In this document: positions 18,365-36,350 of the stretch, piece after piece
How the letters are laid out: the number at the start of each line of letters is the position of its first letter
Numbering within the stretch: the first letter of the stretch is position 1
NCBI RefSeq assembly: GCF_009914755.1
Contig: NC_060936.1
Direction: 5' to 3' (one strand)
DNA from: the human T2T-CHM13v2.0 reference genome, Homo sapiens
DNA length: 64,000 bases
Notes under the pieces: model-generated
Told to the model about the DNA's origin: nothing
Databases searched by the model: none
Seen by the model: only the letters and a program-made list of their open reading frames with translations
Translations under genes and position numbers: made by a program

Positions 18365-19260
18365 AATGTTAGTGAGGATGTGGAGGAACAAATCGTGTAC
18401 AATCACTTATCCAGTAAAGTTGAAGATACACACAGTCTATGATCCAGCAATTCCACTCCACGTTTATGTTTGGGAGAACTCTTACACATGTGCACCCATA
18501 GACACATATAGCAATGCATCATTGTTGAGATTTCTGCTACGGTTTGAATGTGTGTGTTCCCTCCAAAATTCATGTTGAAACTCAACCCCCAGTGCAACCG
18601 TGTTAAGAGATGGTGCTTTTAGGAGGTGATTAGGCCATGAGGCTCTGTCCTCTTTAATGGGATAGCACCCTACAGAGCAGCTGGAGGGAACTAGGTAAGC
18701 CCTTTTACCCTTTCACCTTCTTCCATGTGAGGATACAGCAACAAGGCATCATCCTGCAAGTAAAAACTAGGCCCTCACCAGACACCGAACTTGCCAGTGC
18801 CATGTACTTGGACTTCCCAGCCTCCTGCACTGTGAGAAATAAATTCCTGTTGTTTGCAAGTTACTTGATCTCAGGTATTTTTTTACAGCAACACAAACAG
18901 ACTGATACTATTGCCAAAACTTGGACATGCCCCAAATGTCCATTGACAGTAGATGGGATAAGTGGCTGCAGGTTCCTACAGTGGAGCACAATAAAGCAAT
19001 GAAAGCCAATAAGCTGCAGCTCCAGACAAGAACATGTTCAAATTTCACAGATATTTTGATGACTACAAAGAAGGAAGAGAAAAATTGATGAGCAGGAGTC
19101 CATTTACATCAAGTTGTAAATCAGGCAAAAATGAAACTAAATAGTTTAGAGATATAAACATAGATGGCAAAACAATTAGAAATAAATATCTGAAGAATCA
19201 GGATGGGGTGATACCTCTGGGAGAGACACACAAGAGACACCTGGGTGGTGGCTGTGTTCT
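18365..19260 (+). mobile_element. L1ME-type fragment split by a MaLR LTR
   Basis: gtgaggatgtggagg...gatccagcaattccactcc; resumes ccaaatgtccattgacagtagatgg. Confidence 0.6.
18535..18909 (+). mobile_element. MST/MLT1A-type solo LTR
   Basis: tgctacggtttgaatgtg...ttggacttcccagcctcc...ctgtgagaaataaattcctgttgttt. Confidence 0.82.
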
Positions 19261-19263
19261 ATA

Positions 19264-19422
19264 CCCCCCTCCCTTCCCCTCCCCTCCCCTCCCCTCCCCT
19301 CCCCTCCCCTCCCCTCCCTTCCCTTCCCTTCCCTTCCCTTCCCTTCCCTTCCCCTCCCCTCCCCTCCCCTCCCCTCCCCTCCCCTCCCCTCTCCTTTCCT
19401 TTCCTTCCCCTTCCTTTCCTTT
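19264..19422. repeat. Compound (CCCCT)n/(CCCTT)n microsatellite
   Basis: ~160 bp pure pyrimidine pentamer array. Confidence 0.95.
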
Positions 19423-19599
19423 CATCTGCCCTGACATAGGTGAGGGTATCCTTGGATCTAGGGGCCTTCAAGTTGAAGTTTGCTCTCTTTCTCACCACAC
19501 CCATTCTCCAGTGATGGCCTCACTTCCCTATACCTGACTAAAGGAACTCTCTGCAAATATTTTTAGAACAGCAGAGGTCATTTAAATATTCCAAACACA

Positions 19600-19830
19600 C
19601 AATTTCCCAAGGGCTCCCAGGGGACTCCTACATGAAAGCAAGATTCTGTGGTCAAATGTGTTTTGGAAATATTTAGTTATTCACAATTTAAAAGATGCCT
19701 GACTGCAGGACTTCTCAGAGCTTTTAATGCCTAAGAAAATCCGAAGGAGGACTAGAAATGCAGAATTTTCCAAACTAACCACAGAGTTTCTGGTGAGACT
19801 GGTGTTCCCCAGAATAAACTTTGGGGAAAT
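19600..19830. mobile_element. MER103-like hAT relic; related copy at ~50435-50700 in the opposite orientation
   Basis: gcaggacttctcagagcttttaat here versus attaaaggctctgaaaagtcctgc near 50560. Confidence 0.5.
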
Positions 19831-19898
19831 TCCACTGTAGCTGGAATTTCAGATTGACAGCATAGGAAACAACATTCCTGCTTTCACTGAGTCCACTA

Positions 19899-20210
<312 letters not shown>

Positions 20211-22215
20211 GAAATGTTCTGTTGAGGGAAGATGAGCTAGGCAGTGCCCTGGTCTCTGTTTGCCTCACTCTACCTAGCAGCAAAATGGGTGCAGAGTCAT
20301 TAACACCAAGGCTGTCAAGAGAGTTGATTATACTTTGTTACGTGATCCAGGAAGGACACATTATTATTATCATCAAGGATACATAATAGTGGGCAGCTTC
20401 ATAGCATCACATAATTTCAGGATGACAAGAAAAGCTTCCCATTAGATCATCTAATTGGTTCCTTTGGTTGGAACAGGAAGGTTCTAGCCAATCTAATCAC
20501 ACCCTTGGCTTTGTGGGCACACCTTCCTCCAAGGAGCTCAAAGGGTTTCACTCTTTTTAGGGTCCAAAGTCTGGAGGGGATAGAAAAGGGGAGGGGTGGT
20601 TTCCTCAATTGCAAAACATATTCATTGCTTTAGGTTACAAGAGAAGCATCAGTCCAAGACGCTAAATGGTAGCCCTACTGGTCTAATAGTTACTAGAACC
20701 CCACAGTGGAAATTACTCCAACAATTCTCAGAATTGGATGGATTTGGATGGCCCTTTAAGAGGTCATTTAATGGCTTAGCCTCCAGGCACAGCCATGCCC
20801 ACACCACCAAAGACTGATGCCTGGCCTACATTCTGCCCATAGCTCAAGCTATACCAACTGCTCCTCCTTTGATGACACACAGAGGCTGTATTTTAAAATC
20901 CTCACCTACTTGATTTGGAATCACAAAGGTATTAATAGGAATGTCAATCAGTGAAAAAGAGCCAGTTACAGACACTCTCTTTAACTGCTGGTGCATACTT
21001 TCTATTGAAAAACAGTACAGTTTGGCATCAAATGGGCTCCAGCATTTGCCAGCTGTGAAATATAGGGCAAGTTATTTAACCTTTGTGAGCCTCTGGGTCT
21101 GCTCTGTGAAATGGGCAGGAATAGTACCTACCTCGCAGTCAACATGAGGATTCAGTGTAATGGCATGGCACCATGGGAAGTGTCCAGTAATGGCAGTAAC
21201 CACCGCAGGCCTTGAAGATGAAGCCTGGGCATGAGATTTTGTGCTGGAAAGATCTTTGTGATAAAGCTGAAGGTCCTTCAGGGAGACCAGTGGTGTTCAA
21301 TTTAAGGGAGAGGTTAGGTTCACATGTCAGTGTGTAAGGTAAAAGTGGATGGAGTCAAGTTACCGATGAAAATTCTCTGCCCATAAAGTAGGATATATAT
21401 GGCATTGCACACAGAACATTCAGGTTGGAGAACCACTGAGTCGGACCATAGGAGAGAGTAAAAAGAATGTTTATCTTCAGCTGCCTGGGCATTGAAACCA
21501 TTCTGTTTCTAAGAAAGTGGGTCTCAGTTGGGGGTGGTTTTGTCCTTGCAGTGGACATTTGGCAATGTCCAGGGAAGGACACTATCATGAACTGCTGGTG
21601 GGAATGTAAACCTTCCAACCAGCTGTTCTGCAGAGCATTTTGGCAATAAGTAGCAATGACCTTAAAAAAATACATGTCCTTTGACCAGCAATTCCACTTC
21701 TAGGAATTCATCCCAAGGAAATACGAAAGTGTTCGACATCTTACTTAGCTATAAAGACACCACAGTTTTGGCAAGAACAGCAAAAGATGGGGAGCAACTT
21801 AAATTCCTGACAATCAGGAACTGATTGAGAAGTTTGCGCTGCTGCCATGTGACACAGCCATTGGGAATGAGGCAAAAGTGTGCGTGCATTGACATAGAAA
21901 GGCGTTTTTGATGTACTGTAGAGAAAACAAGCAGATGATAACAAAGCCTTGTGAAACATTTTAGAAGTGTGTATGTGCGTATGTATAGAAAGAAGGCTGA
22001 TGGCCAATAAACGCACGAAAAGATGCTCAGCTTCGCAGTAATCAGGGAAATACAGAGTAAAATGATGCACCACGCTCACCCACGAAATTGGGCACATGCA
22101 CAAAATTAAAGATTGATCATTTCCACTCTTGGCAATAGCACAGGGATCAGATCTTCTCATGGACTGCCAGTAGAAGTATAATTTGGTACAGCTTTTTTGG
22201 AGAGGAATTTGACAT

Positions 22216-22826
<611 letters not shown>

Positions 22827-23071
22827 TAGAATTTGACAATTCTGTCGAAATTTAAATTTCATATTACAGTGCCTCTAGAATTTCACTTCTATGAATCTAT
22901 CCCACAAAAGTACTTGCACAAGTGGACAAAGATGTATGGTTTGTGTTAGTGATAAGTTGGAAATGACCTGAATACCCATCAGGAAAGAGTGGGCTTGCCA
23001 ATTGCAATTTGTTGATGTAGTAGAATGTTACCCAGTTGTCAAAGAAAATAAGGAAGATTTAAACGAGTTGA

Positions 23072-23472
<401 letters not shown>

Positions 23473-23520
23473 TAATACTACATATATAGCTGTATACACA
23501 TACAGGTCTATCAATGTATG

Positions 23521-24002
23521 TGTTATCGAACACGAGGGGTTCGGTCTAAGCCCTGTTGTTTGCTGCACAGAAAGCCAATCACTGAGACAATGAGTATTGC
23601 CAAGGAAGAAGCCTTTAATCGGGTGCTGCAGCTGAGGAGATGGGAGCTCAGTCTCAAATCCATCTCCTTGACCAACTAAAATCAGGGGTTTATATAGCAG
23701 GGAAGAAATGTAACCACGTGTGGGAAAACAGGTGTAAGGAAGAGGAGGTCAACAGGAAGCAGGTGGTCAGTTAGGCCATCATGTCTTGTGAGGGGACTGA
23801 CATCTCATTGTCCAAATGCAGTGACCTGGTAAGTTTTAGCTCCTTGATACTATCTGGGAGGCCTGATGACTGGTTTCCTGAGAAAGGAACTCTGATAAGA
23901 CAATTGTAACTTTCTCAAGTTTTAAGGCTAGGAGGATCGGTTTCTATGCTTATTCAAAGAAACCATAAACATCAGTTCTATAGGACAATTGGGTGAGTTT
24001 CA
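23521..24002 (-). mobile_element. ERV1 solo LTR (LTR26-like)
   Basis: TG...CA ends with 4-bp TSD tatg; minus strand begins tgaaactcacccaattgtcctatagaactgatgtttatgg. Confidence 0.8.
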
Positions 24003-25070
24003 TATGGACCAAGTTCTGACAGACTCACACTAAACAGTTAATAGTGGTTATCTCTGTGAAGGATTGGAGGAAAAATATAAGCACTTTCTCTCTTATATTC
24101 CACACTTTTTAAACAGTTTGCATGCACGAATGTAATACTTGGCTGATTTTTTTTTAAAAAAAACAAACAAAAAGAACCATGGAAAGATGTGCACACGGAG
24201 TCTTTCTGGGCAGAGGGGTTATGGGTGATTTTTTTTAGTTTCTTGTGGCTCGTCAGGATTTTTCTGCTTTTTCTACAATGAACATGTGTTAACTGTGCTA
24301 TTTTAAAACATTTTTAATTGTAAGAGGAGTAATAGTAACAGAAACATGTACAAAGGCATTTAAATAGAGACAGCTAAGCAAAGTATAGAACATCGCTCTC
24401 TAGCTTTAAGAGTTCTGTGATCTAATGGGGTTCTGTCTCTCCATCTCTCTTGTCCCTAACACACGCCTACACATACACACTCTACAAGACAGGACATAGG
24501 CAGTAAGTGTTTCTGGAGGTCAAAGGATGAAGGGAGCTGTGTACAATGGGCGGCAGGGAAGGGGGACCGTGTCCTAGGGGCTGCGCTAGTTAGCACTGCC
24601 TTGTAGAAACAGGCAGGCTTTAATAGACGGAAACCCTCCAGTAATTGAAATGCTATTATCTGTGCTGGTGGCATCCTGCTCTGGGGATTAATGACCCTTG
24701 TTATCAATTAATTCTTCTTGGATTCCAAGCTAGATATTGGCTTTCACGACTTAAGTGGCTTTCTATCATGTTTATCCTTCATGGACGCGGAAACCTTTCT
24801 GTACATCTCAATAGAAAAAATAAGCTGTGCACCCCACCCTTCTCCCAGATTAAGACCACAAACAAAGGTGAGGACACTCTCCCTGATGTGAAAACACAGT
24901 TCCATCCACCCCTACTGCCACTGGCTAGTCCTTGATAACAGAGAAATGAACTCCAGTGATGGTTTCGTGGGTGTACACTTATCCCCAAACTCATCGAGAT
25001 GTATACATCAAATGGGTACAGCTTTTTGTAAGTCAATCACCCCTCAATAAACTGGTTAGGGAAAAAAAGA

Positions 25071-25470
<400 letters not shown>

Positions 25471-25951
25471 GGGCTCTTTGAATCCTTCTTCTCTCTAGGT
25501 TTGCATGTTTGCTGTCCGATGCGTGTCTTTATCATGGGCAAACTGTATCACCCCATTCCATCCTTAAATAAACTCCAGGAGGTGACTATGTATTGTCACC
25601 ATTACACAGATGGGAAAACTGAGACTCTGTTGGCCAGAGAGATTGAGTTCAAGGCCAGGAATAGTTTACTGTGTCTGCCTCATCACAGCTTTGAACTGAC
25701 AAGGTCAAGGATTTGGATTATGTTCTCTCTGTGCTGATGAGCTTCTGGGTCTCTTTGTGGTAACTACATCCTCCTGCCCCACCTAACCTAGGGCAGACAC
25801 AATGGCTTTCTGTCTCTGCAGATCAGATCAGAGCATGTCTACACTGGCACACTTCCTGCCTTCCTCTTGCCACCCTGAACAGGGGCTGAGCTTGAATGTA
25901 GGCTCTGGAATCTAGAATAGAATGCGTTGAAGACTACTGCCTCTGGGCTCA

Positions 25952-26515
<564 letters not shown>

Positions 26516-26737
26516 TCATCCTGGGCATTGTTTATGTGCTGGCCACAGAGCTATTTGTCTTGGATCTTCTTGTGTGGCAGTCACCCTGTCCTATAAGGCA
26601 GGCACCAGTTTATCCTCATTTAACGCAACTTGGCCAAGGATGGGTAGCTGTTAGGGTAAAGGCTAGCAACTGGACCTAGGTCTGTCCGGCTTGAGAGTGA
26701 GGGGCCTGACTCTTGCACACTTCTACCTTCCACTGAG

Positions 26738-27275
26738 CAGTGGTTCTCACCTGAGGGTGATTTGGCCCCCAAGGGACATGCGGCAATGTCTGGATTTTTT
26801 TGTTACGATGTGAGGAGGGGGCAAGGCACGGTGGCTCACACCTGTAATCCCAGCACTTTGGGAAGCTGAGAAGGATGGATCACCTGAGGTCAGGAGTTCA
26901 AGACCAGCCTGGCCAACATGGCAAAACCCTGTCTCTACTAAAAATAATAATAATAAAAAAATAGCTGGGCATGGTGGCATGTGCCTGCAGTCCCAGCTAC
27001 TTGGGAGGCTGAGGCAGAAGGAATTGCTTGAACCTGGGAGGGGGAGGTTGCAGTGAGCTGAGTTAGAGCCCCTGCACTCCAGCCTGGGCGACAGAGTGAG
27101 ACTCCATCCCACCCCCTGACCCCCACCAAAAAAACAATGTGGGGAGGGAGATGCTACTGGCACTTAGTGGGTGGAGGCCGGGGATGCTGCTCGACACGCT
27201 GCAATGCACAGGGCACCCTCCCCACTGCAAAGAATGAGCCAGCCCCAAACGTCAGCAGTGCCGAGGCTGAGAAGC
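26738..27275 (+). mobile_element. MER20 interrupted by an AluS (26820-27135)
   Basis: cagtggttctcacc...ggcaatgtctgga | Alu | gatgctactggcac...gccgaggctgagaa. Confidence 0.85.
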
Positions 27276-28251
27276 TGCAGTGCTGGAGATCCGTCAAACG
27301 TCCTATGCTGGGCACCTTATGGGACGCCAGAAAGGACGATGCCGGAAATGAGCTATGGAGACAGGGCCACGCAAGGTCAAAGTGAGCCTTGAGCTGTAGC
27401 TTGGGGCCGGCCTGAAGACTTGAAGGGTTTGGGGCAGGGCAGACCTGTACCTTAGGACCAGCGCGGTGGCGCTGTAGGTGACGACGTCTCGGAGGAGGTC
27501 AGCACCGCCCTCCAAATGTCCAGGTGAGACTCTTGAGCGGGTGGATGCAGAGGAAAAAGAGCGGAGGGGAGGGAAAAGCAGCTCCTCTTAGCAGCCCATG
27601 GGTCGGAGTGGCGTGTCCCACTATGAAGGATGGTACATTAAACCCTCTAAATGAGAGTAGCGACCTGATTAGAGATGGAACTGACGGGCTCCCATTGGGA
27701 TGCGCGCAGATTAGCACGGTTATTCAAGCAGCTTCAGCGAGCTGCGGAGGAAGCCAGGCAGCCCGAGGGACACCTGGCCTGTGGGTGCTGATGTTCCCCG
27801 AGCCTCCCCTTAGTCTCCGCGGGGTCCCCCATCCCTTCACCCCCACTCCTGCAGGCCCCCATTCATGTGTCCTGCTCTTCTTCGAATCCCTTCCACTTGG
27901 TCAATATCCTCCTGCAGAGAGAGGCTAGGGATGGGGCTGGGGAAGCCGACTCAGACCCAGCCCTCCCGCAGGTGAAAGCTCCTCTCTGGTCCTGCGCCCC
28001 AGCACTGAGCGGGACTTTTCTCCACTGCTGGCCCTGCAAGACGGGTTCTTGCAGGAAGGGTTCTCACAGGGACCAACTTCTGCGGGAGCGGGTAGAATTT
28101 ATTTGTGCTGAGGATCCAGATGGAGTTGTTTAGGCTGAGCTGAATCCTTTTGCTTAATTCTGAAGACAGGAGGCTCTGGAAATGGACCCCTGAGGATTCT
28201 CCACCCCAGGTTAGGCCACTGGTTGACTCATTCCAAAAAACTAAAGTACGT

Positions 28252-28563
28252 GGGGTGCGGTGGCTCACGCCTGTAATCCTAGCACTTCGGGAGGCTGAGA
28301 CAGGAGGATCTCTTGAGGCTGTGAGCTCAAGACCAGCCTGGGCAACACACCAAGACCTTGTCTCTACAAAAATTAAAAAAAATTAAAAAAAAAAAAATGC
28401 TGAGCATGGTGGTGTGTGCCTGTAGTGCTAGCTAGTCAGGAGGCTGAGGCAGGAGGATCACTTGAGCCCAGGAGTTCAAGTTTACAGTGAGCCATGATTG
28501 TGCCACTGCTCTCTAGCCTGGGTGACAGCACAAGACCCTGCCTCAATTTAAAAAAAAAAAAAA
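28252..28563 (+). mobile_element. AluJ
   Basis: Diverged dimer. Confidence 0.9.
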
Positions 28564-28577
28564 GCCTGTGAGTCCTG

Positions 28578-28699
28578 AGACATGCTGTAAATACAGATGA
28601 AGCTTCATTCACTTGCCCGCTGCTCACCTCCTGCTGTGCAGCCTCGTTCCTAACGGGCCACCAATACCAGTCCATGGCTGGGGGTTTGGAGACCCCTGC
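28578..28699 (+). mobile_element. MER1-type hAT terminal fragment
   Basis: gctcacctcctgctgtgcagcc...ggggtttggagacccctg. Confidence 0.7.
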
Positions 28700-28714
28700 T
28701 ATAGATTTCTCAAC

Positions 28715-29003
28715 TCTGGACTCTCGCATGAATGGCATCTTACCATATGTAGTCTTTTCTGACCAATTTCTTTCATTTAACATAATGTTTTTGAGGTTCA
28801 TTCATGCTGTAGCTAGTGTCAGTACTTCCTTCTATGGCCAAATAACATTCCACTGTGCAGATATATCACATTGTGTTTATACATTCAAATATTCATGGAC
28901 ATTTGGGTTTTGTCCACTTTTTGGCTATTATGAATAATGCTGCTATAGCATTCAGCTACAAGTCTTTATGTGGGCATATATTTTCATTTCTCTTGGAGTA
29001 TTT
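28715..29003 (-). mobile_element. L1MB-type fragment
   Basis: aatgtttttgaggttcattcatg...ttttggctattatgaataatgctgctat. Confidence 0.8.
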
Positions 29004-29924
29004 GCTGTTTTTATTGCTTTCTTTTATTCCTGGTCATGTTTTATTTATTTCGAGATTTCAAATAACAGAACATGAAATGGTTAATGGTTATACACAGAGA
29101 AGGCACGAGTTTAACTGAGCCTTAAGAAATACTGCTCTATGTGATAAAGTGCCTTGATAAAGTGGACAGGAACTCTCCTGAATGGCAATGATCATGTCTG
29201 ATATTTCTTTTGGATCTATGGCAATTGCTCAGCCAGTGCTGGCTGAGTGACCTGAATGCTTAAATCAATTCAGATTCTACAAATGTTTACTGAGCTGAGT
29301 CTTTTCCCCGTGCCTGGGTACATTTATCTTGCAAGGCATAGAAGATCGTATGGCACAAATATTCATTCCCATTTTACAGATGGGGAAACTGAGTGAGGAG
29401 CGAAGGCCACAGCCCTGTGGCTTTAAGGAGTACTGGAAAATTGAACTGTGAGAAGTCATCAGTTGCACAGGTGTAGCAATGCACTTTGTATTCCGTTGGC
29501 TTCCCCATGGGAATTGGAAGCCGGGGGAGGGGGGGCGGGGTGGGGTCTGCTTTAAGCAGGAAAATCTGGGTTGTCCCAACAGATACACGATCTGGTGTTA
29601 CTCGTTTTACAAAATTTCTTTATTGCACAAAATAACTGAAGATCACGGTCCTTGCTGGGTTCCCGGGAGGCCGGTGCTTTTCAGTGCTGCCGGCTGCAGA
29701 GTGCATCACTTCACACGCCAGCTGGGCTTCTGGCGGAGTTGTAAGTCAAAGTTTTGTAAATTAGATCGTATTTTAGGGAAGAGATAAAAGAATAAGACTC
29801 TGAATCTTTGAGAAGGATCTGTGTGTGTGGCGATAATCAGAACCGGATTTATGATTCCTGTAAAGACAAAAATCAGAGATAAATGTCAACAACGCCAGGA
29901 ATCCCGTGATAATTAATTAAGAGC

Positions 29925-30400
29925 CTATGTGTGTAACAGGCACTGTCCTAGCTTTCAAGATTTTTTTTTTCATTTAAATCTTGCACAAGCAGAAGCATTG
30001 ACCACAAAAATTGTGTTTGAGGTAGGTGTTATTGATCGCCAGCTTAAGAGTTGGGGAAACTGAGGCTGGGGAATATTAAGTAACTTGCCCAAGGTCACAA
30101 GAACTAAGAGGTAGAGTTCGAATTCCAACCAGACCCATACTTGTTTTTATTGTTTTATTTTGTTTTTGTTTTCTTTGGAAGCACTGGTTCTTTCCAGGAG
30201 ACAGTCCACGGTTATGTGTCAACTCAGAGGTCAAACTGCTTGGCTGGAGCCCCAGCTTCATCCCTTACTCTCTGTGCATCTGTTTCCTGGGCTGTAAAAT
30301 GAACTGCAAAAGACCTACCCTAAAACATGGCCGTGAAGTTCAATTTATTTAAAGCGCCTGGCACACAGCAAGTGCTTAATAAGTGCTAGCAATCATCATG
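29925..30400. mobile_element. Two MIRs in opposite orientation
   Basis: gaaactgaggct...aagtaacttgcccaaggtcaca (minus); ctgtaaaatg...gcctggcacacagcaagtgcttaataa (plus). Confidence 0.7.
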
Positions 30401-30504
30401 CTGAACTGCTCTTGTAATAAAAGGATCCTTTCGTTAAATAAATTAAATAAATTGAACTTCACAGCTCTGTTTTAGGGTAGGGCTTTTGCGGCTCATTTTA
30501 CAGC
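30291..30504. repeat. 62-bp inverted repeat with 90-bp spacer (duplication C)
   Basis: 30291-30352 versus reverse complement of 30443-30504: 56 of 62 identical by hand alignment. Confidence 0.9.
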
Positions 30505-30668
30505 ATTTATCAAGCACCTACAGTTCACAGCATAGCCCAATGCCCCAACATCATTCTACGCTAGGATTATAATTGGATCATCCCTATTCCGTAGTCGCTT
30601 ACTCACTGTGGGACTTTAGCAAACTGCTTAACCTCTCTGAGCCACAGTTTTGGTAAAAAGAGGCAATA

Positions 30669-30960
<292 letters not shown>

Positions 30961-31056
30961 GGCAATAGCACTCACTCCCAAAAGGGCCACGGTGATGATT
31001 CAGTGAGCTACACAAGGTAAAGTGACTTAAATTAGGAATCACTCAGATGGCAGTCC

Positions 31057-31368
31057 TTATTATTATCATTAGTATTGTTATTTGAGATGGGATCTCGCTG
31101 TTCATCCAGGCTGGAGTGCAGTTGTGCAACGATGGCTCACTGCAACCTTAAACTCCTGGGCTCAAGTCATCCTCTCACCTTGGCCTCCCAAGTAGCTGGG
31201 ACTATAGGCATGCACTGTCAAACCCAGCTAATTTTTAAAAAAATTTTTATAGAGATGGGGGTCTTGCTATATTGCACAGGCTGGTCTTCAACTCCTGGGT
31301 TCAAGTGATCTTCCCATCTCGGCCTCCCAAAGCTCTGAGATTACAAGGGTGAGCCACAGTGCCCAGCC
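31057..31368 (-). mobile_element. AluJ
   Basis: Antisense dimer; TSD cagtcctt(a/g)tta. Confidence 0.9.
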
Positions 31369-31586
31369 AGTCCTTGTTATGATTATGTGCTAGGAATTTT
31401 ACACATGCCCTTTCCAGTGAATCTCACCACAATTCTAGGTTTTAGCTTTAAGAGGAGAAGGCTGAGGTCAGAGAGGTCAGTAACTCTCCAGGTGCCACCA
31501 ATGGTCTGGGGTGGAGCAGGGCTTAGTGCTGAGGCCCATCAGGCATTGAACGTGCCCTGAAGGTTATCTATAGAACAGCCATTCCT

Positions 31587-32179
<593 letters not shown>

Positions 32180-32262
32180 CTACCCCTGCCCCCTGATTTT
32201 ATTTGGGTATACACCATCCCATGTATAGAGAATGAGACTTATCCCTACTCCCAGAGGAACAT

Positions 32263-34372
<2,110 letters not shown>

Positions 34373-34753
34373 CTACTTTCAGCTGTGCCCTCTTTATTTA
34401 CAGAGATCCCCAAAGCCGATAGTCTTTACATCACACATCACTGCCAGGCCGGGCAGGGAAAAATTGTGTGCTCAGGAGATTACAACAGACCCTATAATCC
34501 TCAGAAGACTTTTCAACTGAGAAATCATCCAGTTCCAAAAGATTCTTGCAGAATAAGTCTGCTTAAAGGTATATATGCCTGTATAAACATGCCCTACCTA
34601 AAAATAAACTTAGATGTAATCATCCATTAGGAAATACCAAAAATACACAAAAAGGGATAAAGAATAATTTTAAAACTCCTTTGACCCACCACCTCGCTTA
34701 AGAAATAAAATAATACCCATGTGATGGAAACTCTAGATCTTCATATACTCTGA

Positions 34754-35118
<365 letters not shown>

Positions 35119-35274
35119 CCCACTACTTTCTTTAACTGTGCCTGGTATAGACCTGTGCAATATCTGGTATCATTTTGCATGTTTCTAAGCTTTGTGGAAA
35201 TGAGGGCATACTGAACGTATTCTTCTGACACTTGATTTTTTTTTCTCTACACTATGTATGTAAGCTTCAACCAT

Positions 35275-35981
35275 GCAAGGAGATGGAAAAATGGAAATCT
35301 CATACATTGCTGATGGGAAGGTAAAATGGTGCAGCTGCTTCAGAAAACAGTCTGGCAGTTTCTCAAAAAGTAACACAGAATTGCTGTATGACCCATCCAC
35401 TCCTAGGTATATACCTGAGAGAAATAAAACATATGTCCATATATAAAAGCCTGTACGTGAATGTTCCCAGCAGTGTTATTTATATTTTTTGTTTTCTTTA
35501 AATACCCTGCTGGATGCCAGAGTGTTATTTATAATAGTTTTAAAAAGCGGAAACAACTCACATGTCCGTCAGTTGATAAGTGGATAAAATGTGGCTTATC
35601 CATACAGTGGAATATTATTTGGTCGGAAAATGGAACGAAGTACTGAAACATGCTACAACAAGGATGAACCTTGGAATTGTGCTAAGTGAACAAAGCCAGG
35701 CCCAAAAGACCACATAGTATACAATTCCATTTATGTGAAATATTCAGAATAGGGCAAATCCATAGAGACAGAAAGTAGATTAGGGGTTGCCTGGGGCTGG
35801 GGGTAGGGAGGATTGGAGAGTGACTGCTCAGTGAGTACAAGGTTTATTTGGGGGATGGTGATAATATTCTGGAATTAGATCATGGCGATGGTTGCACAAC
35901 TTTGTGACTACACTAAAAACCACAGCATTGTACACTTTTAAAAGTCAATTTTATGACATATACATTCTATCTCAATAAAAA
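35275..35981 (+). mobile_element. L1MB-type 3' end
   Basis: catacattgctgatgggaaggtaaaatggtgcagc...ggttgcacaac...tatctcaataaaa. Confidence 0.88.
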
Positions 35982-35994
35982 CAGATTCAACCAC

Positions 35995-36350
35995 AGTATT
36001 CATCTGTTCTCACACTGCTAATACAGACATACCCGAGACTGGGTAATTTATAAAGAAAAAGAGGTTTAATGGACTCACAGTTCCACATGGCTGAGGAATC
36101 ATGGCAAAAGGTGAACTAGAAGCAAAGGCACGTCTTACACGGTAGCAGAGAAGAGAACATAAGTAGGGGAACTACCCTTTATAAAACCATCAGATCTCAT
36201 GAGACTTATTCACTATCATGAGAACAGCACGGGAAAGACCCACCCCCATGATTCAATTACCTCCCACCAGGTCCCTCCCATGACACGTGGGGATTATGGG
36301 AGCTACAGTTCAAGATGAAATTTGGGCGGGACCACAGCCAAACCATACCA
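35995..36350 (-). mobile_element. THE1 solo LTR
   Basis: gacatacccgagactgggtaatttataaagaaaaagaggtttaatggactcacagttccacatgg. Confidence 0.9.

Noticed and set aside
19264-19422. SVA 5' hexamer repeat
   Set aside because: Units are pentamers rather than CCCTCT, and no Alu-like, VNTR or SINE-R domain follows.
27465-27510. REST/NRSE site (ggcgctgt...tcagcacc)
   Set aside because: Half-sites are incomplete and in non-canonical orientation and spacing.
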